A DNA stretch of 64,000 bases from Candidatus Latescibacterota bacterium. Lineage in GTDB: Bacteria; Latescibacterota; UBA2968; UBA8231. A model generated the notes under the pieces. It did not search any database. It worked only from the letters and a program-made list of their open reading frames with translations, and was not told the DNA's origin. Position numbers and translations under genes: made by a program. This document shows, piece after piece, positions 19,018 through 28,068 of the stretch. How positions within the stretch are numbered: position 1 is the stretch's first letter; each line of letters opens with the position of its first letter. The stretch is taken from NCBI GenBank assembly GCA_965217585.1, contig OZ244561.1, positions 416,001-480,000 on the forward strand. Reading direction: 5' to 3'.

Positions 19018-19033
19018 GGTGCCCTAGGCACCT
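19017..19033. terminator. Small hairpin between convergent genes
   Basis: AGGTGCC-CTA-GGCACCT, 7-bp stem, no clear U-tract. Confidence 0.3.
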
Positions 19034-19048
19034 TGAAATACCCAAGGG

Positions 19049-20752
19049 CTAGGCTTTGGCCTTGCGCAGAGCCGCGGTACCCGCTTCGTCCACAGTCCAA
19101 GTCCCGGTATCGATAACCACGCCGTACAGGGCCTTGGCCGCCTCGACCGAAACCAGTTCCTGGCGCACGTCCTCCAGCACCCTGTGCGGCTCGCGCTGCC
19201 GGGCCGGCCCGTACCCACCCCCACCCGGCAGCCTCAGGGTGACCGATTCACCGGGCCGCAGCAAGTACTTGGATTTGGGATGCAGCGGCTCTCCCTCCTG
19301 CAAAAACAACTCGCCCGTGGCCCCGTCCAGGCCGCCGTGGAAGCCCCTGGCCGGGTGAATGGTCCGGTCGTACATGCACGAGTGCAAAGCCGGCCCCTCG
19401 CCGCGCACCTCCAGGACCATCTCCTGCCCCAGACCGCCCCGGAATTTCCCGGCCCCGCCCGAATCGGGGCGCAGGGCCCGCCGGTGTATGAGGATCGGCG
19501 ATACGGCCTCGATGGCCTCGGCCGGCACGCCGCGGATGCCGCTGGGGAAGGCCGTGGCGGAAAGCCCGTCAGCGCCGGGCCGGGCACCCATGCCGCCGGC
19601 GGAAAAGAAGATATAGGCGAATACCCGGCCATCCCGATCGCGGCCCTCGAACTGGCTGTTCCACAACCCGGCCGAACCATCGGCGATGACGCGCTCCGGC
19701 AGGGCCTGGGCCAGTGCCCCGAATATGACCTGCGAGAGAAAGTGGCCCACCAGATGGCGCGCGCCCACCGCGGCCGGAAAAGTGCAGTTGAGGATGGAGC
19801 CTTCGGGGGCCTTTACCGCGACCGGGCGAAAACTGCCCTCGTTGTTGGGCACGGCCGGACCAATGGCGCAGATCAACGGATACGTGGTGTACGCATGGGT
19901 GTAGTTGAACACCACGTTGATGCCCCGGTCGATCTGGGGCGAAGTGCCGGCGTAGTCGACCAGCAGATCGCTGCCCCGCACGGCGACGCTGGCGCGGATG
20001 GTCAAGGGCGCGTCAAAACCGTCAATGCTCACCTCGTCGCGGTACACCCCATCGGGAATTTTGGCAATGGCGCTGCGCAGGGCTTCTTCCGTGCGGGTGA
20101 GAATGAGCGTCGACAGCTCCTCGAGATCGTCGAGATCGCACTCCTCCATCATCTCGACCAACTTGGCGCCCCCCACGTCATTGCCCGCCTGCTGGGCGTA
20201 CAGATCCCCCACCACCTGGTCCGGCTCGCGCACGTTGGCTTTGACAATGGCGATCAAATCTCGGTTGATCTGCCCGCCGCGGAACAGTTTCATCATGGGG
20301 ATGTGGAGGCCCTCTTCGAATACTTCGCGGGCGTCCGCCCCCAGGGTGCGCCCGCCAATGTCGATGGCGTGGCAGGTATTGGCGAACCAGCCAATGCCGC
20401 GGCCCCGATAAAACACCGGCGTCACCACCGTGATATCGTGCAGATGCCCCGAGCACAGCCAGGGGTCGTTGGTCAGCAGGCTGTCGCCGGGCTCGAGGGA
20501 AGCGAGCGGATGGGCGCGGACAAAGTCGCGGACGCAATTGGCCATGGTATTGATGTGGCCGGGGGTGCCGGTCACGGCCTGGGCCAGCATATTGCCCTCG
20601 GCGTCAAAGACTCCGGCCGACAGATCGCCGGCCTCGCGCACCACCGTGGTAAAGGAGGCGTGCATCAGCACCGCGGCCTGTTCGTCGACAATGGAAATGA
20701 GCCGGTTCCACAGTACTTCCAGCGCAATGGGATCAATCTGGGCGTCATTCAT
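19049..20752 (-). CDS. Hydantoinase B/oxoprolinase family protein
   Basis: DPIALEVLWNRL, REAGDLSAG, NDPWLCSGHLHD, HAIDIGG, SGGAGKFRGGLG, PGGGGYG. Confidence 0.92.
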   Translation of the reverse strand: MNDAQIDPIALEVLWNRLISIVDEQAAVLMHASFTTVVREAGDLSAGVFDAEGNMLAQAVTGTPGHINTMANCVRDFVRAHPLASLEPGDSLLTNDPWLCSGHLHDITVVTPVFYRGRGIGWFANTCHAIDIGGRTLGADAREVFEEGLHIPMMKLFRGGQINRDLIAIVKANVREPDQVVGDLYAQQAGNDVGGAKLVEMMEECDLDDLEELSTLILTRTEEALRSAIAKIPDGVYRDEVSIDGFDAPLTIRASVAVRGSDLLVDYAGTSPQIDRGINVVFNYTHAYTTYPLICAIGPAVPNNEGSFRPVAVKAPEGSILNCTFPAAVGARHLVGHFLSQVIFGALAQALPERVIADGSAGLWNSQFEGRDRDGRVFAYIFFSAGGMGARPGADGLSATAFPSGIRGVPAEAIEAVSPILIHRRALRPDSGGAGKFRGGLGQEMVLEVRGEGPALHSCMYDRTIHPARGFHGGLDGATGELFLQEGEPLHPKSKYLLRPGESVTLRLPGGGGYGPARQREPHRVLEDVRQELVSVEAAKALYGVVIDTGTWTVDEAGTAALRKAKA

Positions 20753-20783
20753 GGCATTGACCTATATCGACGGTACATGCGGC

Positions 20784-22883
20784 CTAGCCCGGCCGCGCCA
20801 GCAACAGCTCTCCATTCTCGCCGACGCGGCACTGCCAGTCCGGCCGCACCACGGTCGTGGATTCGGCCTCTTCAATGATGGCCGGCCCCTCTATACTGAA
20901 ACCCTCCTCCAAGAGGTAGCGATCGTACACCGGCACATCTCGGGCACCTTCACCCGCGGCAAAAACGACCCCTCGGTGGCCCTTCAAAGCCCCGGCCTTG
21001 CCAGCGGACCGGTCCCGGCGAATCTCGACGCGCCCCGGCCGGGGCCGCGGGCCGGTGACCGCGACCCGCCAGTGCACTGACTCGATGGGCACGCCAGCGC
21101 ACAGACGGCCGTACAGACGCTGGTAATCGGCTTCGAAAGCCTCTTCAATACGGGATGCCATCCGCTCGTCAAAGGGGACATCCGGCAACTCCACCCGAAT
21201 CTCAAAGCCCTGTCCCACATAGCGCATATCAGCGCTGCGCCGCACCTCGATATCGGCCGCGGTCACCCCCGCGGCCTCGACAATGCCGCGGCCCTCCGCT
21301 TCGAGGGCGCGCAGCAAATTGCCCAGCTCATCGATGTCGAGGTCTTCGAGACGCACCACGTACGTGCGCACAAAGTCGAACAAAATCGGCGCTAGCATCA
21401 AGCCAAAGGCCGATCCCACGCCAGCCGCCGGGGGCACGATGACCGCGTCGAGACCCAGCCGCTGTGCTAGGCCGCAGGCGTGCACGGGCCCGGCGCCCCC
21501 GGTTGCCACCAGCGTGTGCGAGCGGATGTCGAGGCCGCGCTCGGCCGCGTGCACGCGGACGGCATTGGCCATATTCTCGTCCACTAGCTGGTGGATCCCC
21601 CAAGCCGCGCGCTCAAGGCTCATATCCAGGGCCGCTCCCCAATCCGCCACGGCCCGCTGCGCGGCCTCCGGGTCCAGGACCATGCTCCCACCCAGGAAAT
21701 AGTCCGCGTTGAGCAGGCCCAGGACCAGATCCGCATCCGTCACGGTGGGCCGGGTCCCGCCCCGCCCATAGCAGGCTGGCCCCGGGTCGGCCCCGGCGCT
21801 TTCCGGGCCCACCACGGGCAGGCCCATATCGCTCAGCCGGGCGATGCTGCCGCCGCCGGCCCCTATTTCAATCATGTCCATCACCGGCACCAGCAGGGGC
21901 AGGCCGCTCCCCTTCTTGAAGCGGTATACCCGCGCCACTTCCGATTCCGAGGCCAAGGCAAAATCGCCACCCGCGGTGAGGATGGCCTTGGCCGTGGTAC
22001 CGCCCATATCAAAGGCCAAGACTTCTCGCCGCCCGGCGATTTTGCCCCAGTATGCCGCTGCCAGGGCACCGCCGCAGGGGCCCGATTCCACCAGCCGCAC
22101 GGGAAATTCAGCGGCCGTGTCCACCGAGCACGAACCGCCGTTGGACAGCATGATGTGCAGCGGCACCCGCACGCCACTGGCGCCCAATCCCTCTTCCAGG
22201 CCCTTCAGGTAGCGCGCGGCCAAGGGCTGGACATAGGCATTGGCCACCGTGGTCGAGGTGCGTTCGTACTCGCGGAATTCCGGCGCTACCTGGTGGGATA
22301 CAGCCACCGCCACATCGGGCAACTGCCGGCGCACTAGGGCCCGGGCGCGCTGCTCGTGTGCGGAATTCAGGTACCCGTGCAAAAAGACGATGGCCACGGC
22401 CTCGACCCCTTCGGCCCGGAAAAAGGCGCAGGCTTGCCGCACGGCCTCTTCGTCGAGGGGCGTCAACACCGCCCCGCTCGCATCCACCCGCTCCGCCACT
22501 TCCCGCCGCCAGCGGCGCTCGACCAGAGGCGCGGGCCGCTCGAGGAACAGGTCGTATATATCGTAGCGGCCCTCGCGTCCGATTTCCAGCGCGTCGCGAA
22601 AGCCGGCCGTGGTAATCAAGCCCGTGCGGCTCCCCTTGCGCTCGATGAGGGCATTGGTAATCAGCGTGGTGCCGTGCACGGTCCGCCCCACGGAGCCGGC
22701 CTCCACCTGCCACTCCTCGAACAGGTCTTGCACCCCTGCCAGCACGCCGGCGGAGGGATCGGGATACGTGGTGAGGACCTTGCTGGCCACCAGCGCGTCG
22801 GCAGACGGATCGAGCAGCACCAGATCGGTGAAGGTGCCGCCTATGTCGATGGCCAGCAAATGCCCGTTGATCGAATCAGTCAC
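20784..22883 (-). CDS. Hydantoinase A/oxoprolinase family protein
   Basis: IDIGGTFTD, HGTTLITNALIERKG, REYERTSTTVANAY, DMGGTT, IGAGGGS, GPESAGADPGPACYGRGG; GTG start with GGGAGG RBS. Confidence 0.92.
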   Translation of the reverse strand: MTDSINGHLLAIDIGGTFTDLVLLDPSADALVASKVLTTYPDPSAGVLAGVQDLFEEWQVEAGSVGRTVHGTTLITNALIERKGSRTGLITTAGFRDALEIGREGRYDIYDLFLERPAPLVERRWRREVAERVDASGAVLTPLDEEAVRQACAFFRAEGVEAVAIVFLHGYLNSAHEQRARALVRRQLPDVAVAVSHQVAPEFREYERTSTTVANAYVQPLAARYLKGLEEGLGASGVRVPLHIMLSNGGSCSVDTAAEFPVRLVESGPCGGALAAAYWGKIAGRREVLAFDMGGTTAKAILTAGGDFALASESEVARVYRFKKGSGLPLLVPVMDMIEIGAGGGSIARLSDMGLPVVGPESAGADPGPACYGRGGTRPTVTDADLVLGLLNADYFLGGSMVLDPEAAQRAVADWGAALDMSLERAAWGIHQLVDENMANAVRVHAAERGLDIRSHTLVATGGAGPVHACGLAQRLGLDAVIVPPAAGVGSAFGLMLAPILFDFVRTYVVRLEDLDIDELGNLLRALEAEGRGIVEAAGVTAADIEVRRSADMRYVGQGFEIRVELPDVPFDERMASRIEEAFEADYQRLYGRLCAGVPIESVHWRVAVTGPRPRPGRVEIRRDRSAGKAGALKGHRGVVFAAGEGARDVPVYDRYLLEEGFSIEGPAIIEEAESTTVVRPDWQCRVGENGELLLARPG

Positions 22884-22906
22884 TGTCCTCCCGTGCCCTC
22901 CCTCCT

Positions 22907-23914
22907 TCAGACATTCCACACCCGCTCGAAGAGACTCATCCAGTTTCCGCCCAACAGCTTGGTGATCTCCTCGGCCCTGTACCCGCGATTGGCGAGCGCC
23001 TCCGCCAGGTTGGGGAACTCCGCCGGGCTGTCGATCCCCTTTGGTTGAAAACTCAGCTCCGTGTACGGCACCGACCCATCGGCAAAGGTCGAGGGAAATT
23101 TCGTGCCCTGCTGCGATACGATGTAATGCCAGAATTCGAGCGGCTGATCGTGGGTGGAATCAGTGCCGATGGCCACGTGATCGAGACCGATCCGCTCCAC
23201 CATGTCGTCGATGGCATCGACGAAATCCTCGACCGTCGAATCGAATCCCTTGGGAAGAAAGTTGGCAAAGGACGTGGCACCCACGACGCCCCCCTTTTCG
23301 GCGAGGAGCTTGAGCGCCTCTTCTTCCTTGTTGCGCGGATGGCCGCAAAAACTGCGGGCATTGGCATGGGTGATCGCAACCGGCTGCTCGGACATCTCAA
23401 TGGCATCCATCGTCGTCTTCGGACCAACGTGCGACAAGTCGATGACAATGCCGAGCCGGTTCATCTCGCGCACCGCATCGACGCCGAAGTTGCTCAGGCC
23501 ACAATCGTTCCGCTCCCAACAGCCGCTGCCCAGCAGATTGGTCTCGTGATAAGTCAGTTGAATCACCCGCACCCCGAGGGCGAGGAAAAGCCCCAGGCGA
23601 TCCAATTCGTTCTCGATGGGCGAGGCGTTCTGAAAACTGAGGATGATCCCGGTCTTGCCGAGCGCTTTGGCGGCGTGAATGTCGGCCGTCTCCTTCACCT
23701 GCACGATGTCGTGGCGCTCGCGAAAACGCCGCATCCACGCCGCCAGGTGCGCCATGGTCTGCACAAAATTTTCCCACGTTGCCACCGTGGCGTTGATAGC
23801 GGTGATATTGCCGGCTCGCAAACGCTCGAACACCGCGTCGCTCTCCCAGTTGCTGACGTTCAGACCATCTATGACAATCGCCTCGTCGTAGACCTTCCTC
23901 GCTTCACTCGACAT
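22907..23914 (-). CDS. Membrane dipeptidase (peptidase M19 family)
   Basis: LGVRVIQLTY, GLSNFG..VREMNRLGIVIDLSH, THAN, HPRNK, DHVAIGTD, KLLGGNW. Confidence 0.9.
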   Translation of the reverse strand: MSSEARKVYDEAIVIDGLNVSNWESDAVFERLRAGNITAINATVATWENFVQTMAHLAAWMRRFRERHDIVQVKETADIHAAKALGKTGIILSFQNASPIENELDRLGLFLALGVRVIQLTYHETNLLGSGCWERNDCGLSNFGVDAVREMNRLGIVIDLSHVGPKTTMDAIEMSEQPVAITHANARSFCGHPRNKEEEALKLLAEKGGVVGATSFANFLPKGFDSTVEDFVDAIDDMVERIGLDHVAIGTDSTHDQPLEFWHYIVSQQGTKFPSTFADGSVPYTELSFQPKGIDSPAEFPNLAEALANRGYRAEEITKLLGGNWMSLFERVWNV

Positions 23915-23974
23915 CGCGCACCTCCTCTCTCAGTTGAAATCCACAGGGTTTAATCCAGCAGAGATGGGCTGAGT

Positions 23975-24292
23975 TCAGCAACAGCCCTTCACTTCTTGGT
24001 CGGTGGGCGCTTGGCAGCGAATGAATTCGTAGAACAGCGCGCCGGCTGCTAGGGCCGGGCCTAAGCTGCGGGCTGGATTCATCGAGGACCCACACAACGG
24101 CCCAGCGAACATGGCCTCCAGTCCCACGGTGCCGCCAATAGCTAGACCGGCCGCTGGCCCCACGGCGCGAAAATCGGTCGCCATGCTCATAATGACCAGC
24201 ATCAGCAAAAAGGTCAACATGAATTCTCACACTAGGGCCGTAGCGAACGAGCCGTCCACTGGTAGGGAGACCCCCAAGTTCAGTAGCCGCAT
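23975..24292 (-). pseudogene. Aquaporin/MIP-family remnant
   Basis: EFMLTFLLMLVI...GSSMNPARSLGPAL (second NPA box); in-frame TGA at 24227-24229; N-terminal half and most of the last helix missing. Confidence 0.8.
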
Positions 24293-24443
24293 CCGCAAAA
24301 AAACTATATAAATGTAGCGGGCCATGCTGCCTCGCTCAACAACTGCACTCATTGACTCTACCCGTCGTTTGTTATACTTTTTTGTGAAATGTATAACATC
24401 CATATCCCGCTATCGATGGATTAACCTAACAGAACGGAGAATC

Positions 24444-24677
24444 ATGGCATCGGCCCGCATATCGGCCAAAGGCTGGGTCGTCATTCCGGCACCGCTGCGC
24501 AAGAAATACCGCCTACAGCCCGGCGACCAAGTGCGCATTGTCGATTACGGCGGCGGCTTGGCCCTCGTGCCCGCCCTTGGCGATCCCATCGAAGAAGCCC
24601 AAGGGATGCTCGCGGGGCCAACATCCCTAGTGGAAGCCCTGCTTTCCCAGCGCGCTGAGGACCGTCGGCTTGAATGA
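24444..24677 (+). CDS. AbrB/MazE/SpoVT-family antitoxin
   Basis: ARISAKGWVVIPAPLRKKYRLQPGDQV; GGAGA RBS; overlaps the downstream PIN gene. Confidence 0.88.
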   Translation: MASARISAKGWVVIPAPLRKKYRLQPGDQVRIVDYGGGLALVPALGDPIEEAQGMLAGPTSLVEALLSQRAEDRRLE

Positions 24678-25086
24678 CCCCGGAGACCGCGTGCTCGATA
24701 GTTACGCGCTTTTAGCCTATCTGGAGAATGAAGCGGGTGCCCTTCAGGTTAAATCCCTGCTCAGCCAGACAGAAACAGGCCCAAGCCGCCTGTGGATGTC
24801 CATCGTCAATTTGGGAGAAGTCCTCTATATCACTGAGCGTGAACGGGGCTTGGCCCACAGCCGCAATGTCCTAGCGGCTGTGGAGCAATTGCCGGTGGAC
24901 ATGGTCCTCGCCGACCGCGCCCATACTTTGTCTGCCGCCCATATCAAGGCCCGTTTCCCGCTCTCCTATGCCGATGCCTTCGCCGCCGCTCTGGCCCAGA
25001 CCAAGGGCGTCCCTCTCGTGACCGGCGACGAGGAATTTAGCCGGGTCGAATCCCTCGTCGCCATTGAGTGGCTTCCTAGGCATTAG
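24670..25086 (+). CDS. vapC: VapC-family PIN-domain toxin
   Basis: VLDSYALLAYL, SIVNLGEVLY, LSYADAFAAALA, LVTGDEEF. Confidence 0.9.
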   Translation: MNDPGDRVLDSYALLAYLENEAGALQVKSLLSQTETGPSRLWMSIVNLGEVLYITERERGLAHSRNVLAAVEQLPVDMVLADRAHTLSAAHIKARFPLSYADAFAAALAQTKGVPLVTGDEEFSRVESLVAIEWLPRH

Positions 25087-25144
25087 TTCGTTGGCAGTTC
25101 CGTGGGGCAGTCAGTTTCGACAATTTGAATCCATAGGTGGCAAT

Positions 25145-27910
25145 GTGTCTAGGGCACTGCTTGGCTGCGCTCTGATTAGCGCAATTCTGGTGGTTGGATG
25201 CGCCCCTGCGGAACAGCCGCAGTCGGCCTCGGTCCAATCCCCCGCTCACCTGTCCCCAACGAGTACGGTCGAGGAGAACCACCCCGTGTTATTCGCCGAT
25301 GTGGCGGCCCAAGTCGGCCTAGATTTCGTCAATCTCTCGGGGCACGACGACCCGAGGCTTTTGATGGAAACCACGGGTACCGGCGCGGCCTTCCTCGACT
25401 ACGATGACGATGGGTGGCTGGACCTCTTCTTCGTCAACGGCACCTTGCTAGACGCTGATCCGCCACAAGCGACCAACCGCCTCTTCCACAACGAACCCGA
25501 CCCCAGCACCCAAAGACACTTCCGCGAAGTAACCCGTCAAAGCGGCCTGCTATCCAAGGGTTGGGGCATGGGTTGCGCTACTGGCGATATCGACAACGAT
25601 GGCGATACCGACCTATTGGTGACCTATTGGGGTCCCAATCTGTTGTACCGCAATAACGGCGACAGCACCTTTGACGAAATCGCCGCCCAGGCCGGAGTGG
25701 ACCACCCCGGTTGGGGCACCAGTGCGGCTTTTGCCGATTTAGATGGCGACGGCTGGCTGGACCTCTACGTGACCAACTACCTCCACATCGACCTAGACCA
25801 TCCCCCCAAGGACGGCCAACCTTGCCAATACAAGGGGCTGGCCGTACCGTGCGGCCCACAGGGGGTTCCAGCCCAAGCCGATGTACTCTATCGCAACAGA
25901 GGCGACGGCACCTTCGCCGATATGAGTGCAAGCAGCGGCCTAGACCAGTGGAGCTATGCCGGTTTGGGCGTTGCGTTTGGCGACTTCGATAACGACGGCG
26001 ACCTGGATATGTACGTTGCCAACGACAGCGAGCCCAATATGATTTTGCGCAACGACGGCGACTGGTACTTCAGCGAAATCGGCCAAGCGGCCGGGGCAGC
26101 CTATAGCGAGAGCGGGCGGCCCCAGGCCGGCATGGGGGTCCACAGCGGCGATTATGACAACGATGGCGACCTCGATTTGTTTGTGACCAATTTCTCCGAA
26201 GACTACAATACCCTGTACCAGAACCAAGCCCCGACGACGATTGACTCCATGTGCTTTGTCGATGTTTCGCACGCCACCGGCTTGAGTGCCGGCGATCGGC
26301 CTTATCTGGGTTGGGCGACCGCTTTCTGGGATTACGACAACGATGGCTGGCTGGACCTATATGTAATTAACGGCCACGTTTATCCACAGTTGGGAGTACA
26401 TGCTTCGGGATTGACCTACCGACAGCGCAACCTGCTCTATCAAAATCAGCACGGGCGCTTTATAGAAGTGGGTCGCCGGGCCGGAGCAGCTTGGCAGCTC
26501 GAAGCGGCCAGTCGTGCGGCGGCCCAAGGTGACTACGACAACGATGGCGACCTCGATCTGGCCGTAGTAAATCACAACGCAGCACCAACCCTGTTGCGCA
26601 ACGAAGGAGGAAACTTCAATAACTGGCTGGGTCTTGAACTGGTGGGGCATATCAGCAACCGGGATGGCATCGGCACCAGGATCTGGATTTTTACCGCTGA
26701 TCAGGTGCAAATGAGAGAAGTGTTCCGGGGTTATGGTTTTCAAAGCCAACACGATCCTCGTGTGTTGATAGGACTAGGTGCGAACCAAACCGTAGATCGA
26801 GTCGAAATACACTGGCCATCGGGCTCCCGTCAAACAATTGCTGCACCGCCAGTGCGGCGCTACCTCAAAGTACACGAGGGCCGCGATGGCTTCGAGCAAG
26901 GACCGGCTATTCCCCCGCCCCAGAGCGAATATCCTATCGCTTTGTCACAGACATCGAACTGGAGCGCTGCGGATTTCGCGGCCCTTGGGAACCAATACTA
27001 TCAGGCCGGACACTACGGTGAAGCCCACGCCGCCTTCTATCGGGCCTTGGCCTTGGATCCGACCCATAAGCTGGCCAACCTGGGCATGGGCACATTGCTC
27101 TATGCCGGCATGGGTGCTGCCGATGAGGCGCTTTCATATGTGGAAGAGGCGGCCCGCCGCGATTCATCCTCGGCGGAGAGCTTTCTCGTGCTCGGCAAAG
27201 TCTATATGGACTTGGATCGGCCCGAGTCAGCTATCCGAGCTTTTGCGCGGGTCGCCAGATTGCGGGCACAGGATTGGGAGGCGTACTTCTGGCTGGGTCG
27301 GGCCTATGCGCAAAGTAATCGTTTGACCGAGGCGGCAAATGCTTTTGGCAACGCCACAAGGTGGGCACCTTGGGAACCCGAGCCGCTGTTGGCATTGGCC
27401 CAGCTTTACGCAAGGCAAGGCAATGAAAAAGCGGCTGAGGAAGCAAACAAACGGTTTGCACGGTATCGCCGACTCGAGCAACGCGTCGAATCCCTGCAGT
27501 CCCAGATTGACCGTGAGCCGCAAAACGAAAAGGCCCTTTTAGATCTAGGTCTGGCGTATATGGCGCAAGGAAGGCTGGATCGGGCTGCGACGCACTACCA
27601 AGGGATGGTAGACCGAGCACCGCAAAGTGCGCTTGGTCTGTACGGCCTTGGCCTCCTCTGCTTGCGCCGCAATGATCCCCAGGGTGCCCTCGGCTATTTG
27701 CATAAAGCAGCGATCTACTCACCAGATGACGCCGAGATTCGCGGTGCCTTGGGCCAGGCATATTTCCAGTTAGAGCGCTACCACGAAGCCGTGGTGGAGT
27801 GGGAACAAATCGCGGACACAACCCGCATCGGTCGCATGTTGGAGCGAGCGCGTGCTCGAATAGCATCCACAGCAGAAGGTCGCCCGACCGATGCCCAAAG
27901 GGGGCGTTAG
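25145..27910 (+). CDS. CRTAC1-family FG-GAP/ASPIC-UnbV protein with C-terminal TPRs, probable lipoprotein
   Basis: DYDDDGWLDL-type repeats, ASPIC domain, about 300 aa of TPRs; VVGC lipobox after GTG 25145. Confidence 0.88.
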   Translation: MSRALLGCALISAILVVGCAPAEQPQSASVQSPAHLSPTSTVEENHPVLFADVAAQVGLDFVNLSGHDDPRLLMETTGTGAAFLDYDDDGWLDLFFVNGTLLDADPPQATNRLFHNEPDPSTQRHFREVTRQSGLLSKGWGMGCATGDIDNDGDTDLLVTYWGPNLLYRNNGDSTFDEIAAQAGVDHPGWGTSAAFADLDGDGWLDLYVTNYLHIDLDHPPKDGQPCQYKGLAVPCGPQGVPAQADVLYRNRGDGTFADMSASSGLDQWSYAGLGVAFGDFDNDGDLDMYVANDSEPNMILRNDGDWYFSEIGQAAGAAYSESGRPQAGMGVHSGDYDNDGDLDLFVTNFSEDYNTLYQNQAPTTIDSMCFVDVSHATGLSAGDRPYLGWATAFWDYDNDGWLDLYVINGHVYPQLGVHASGLTYRQRNLLYQNQHGRFIEVGRRAGAAWQLEAASRAAAQGDYDNDGDLDLAVVNHNAAPTLLRNEGGNFNNWLGLELVGHISNRDGIGTRIWIFTADQVQMREVFRGYGFQSQHDPRVLIGLGANQTVDRVEIHWPSGSRQTIAAPPVRRYLKVHEGRDGFEQGPAIPPPQSEYPIALSQTSNWSAADFAALGNQYYQAGHYGEAHAAFYRALALDPTHKLANLGMGTLLYAGMGAADEALSYVEEAARRDSSSAESFLVLGKVYMDLDRPESAIRAFARVARLRAQDWEAYFWLGRAYAQSNRLTEAANAFGNATRWAPWEPEPLLALAQLYARQGNEKAAEEANKRFARYRRLEQRVESLQSQIDREPQNEKALLDLGLAYMAQGRLDRAATHYQGMVDRAPQSALGLYGLGLLCLRRNDPQGALGYLHKAAIYSPDDAEIRGALGQAYFQLERYHEAVVEWEQIADTTRIGRMLERARARIASTAEGRPTDAQRGR

Positions 27911-28068
27911 AAGCTTGAGAAGCCCTTAGAGGCGGTCCGCCCAAAAGCGGATTGCCAGCACCCGCTGTGGTGTACAGAGGTTACAATCTATATTTTCCCC
28001 TAGGGGAAGCGGCTTAATCCATCCCTGTTTTTCCCCTACTTCCGTCCGACCAAGACAAGGAGCGCGCC

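Noticed and set aside
19184-20878. Long antisense and alternate-frame ORFs (also 2578..3591, 9486..10616, 23045..23953)
   Set aside because: Shadow ORFs of well-supported genes in GC-rich DNA, with no recognisable motifs
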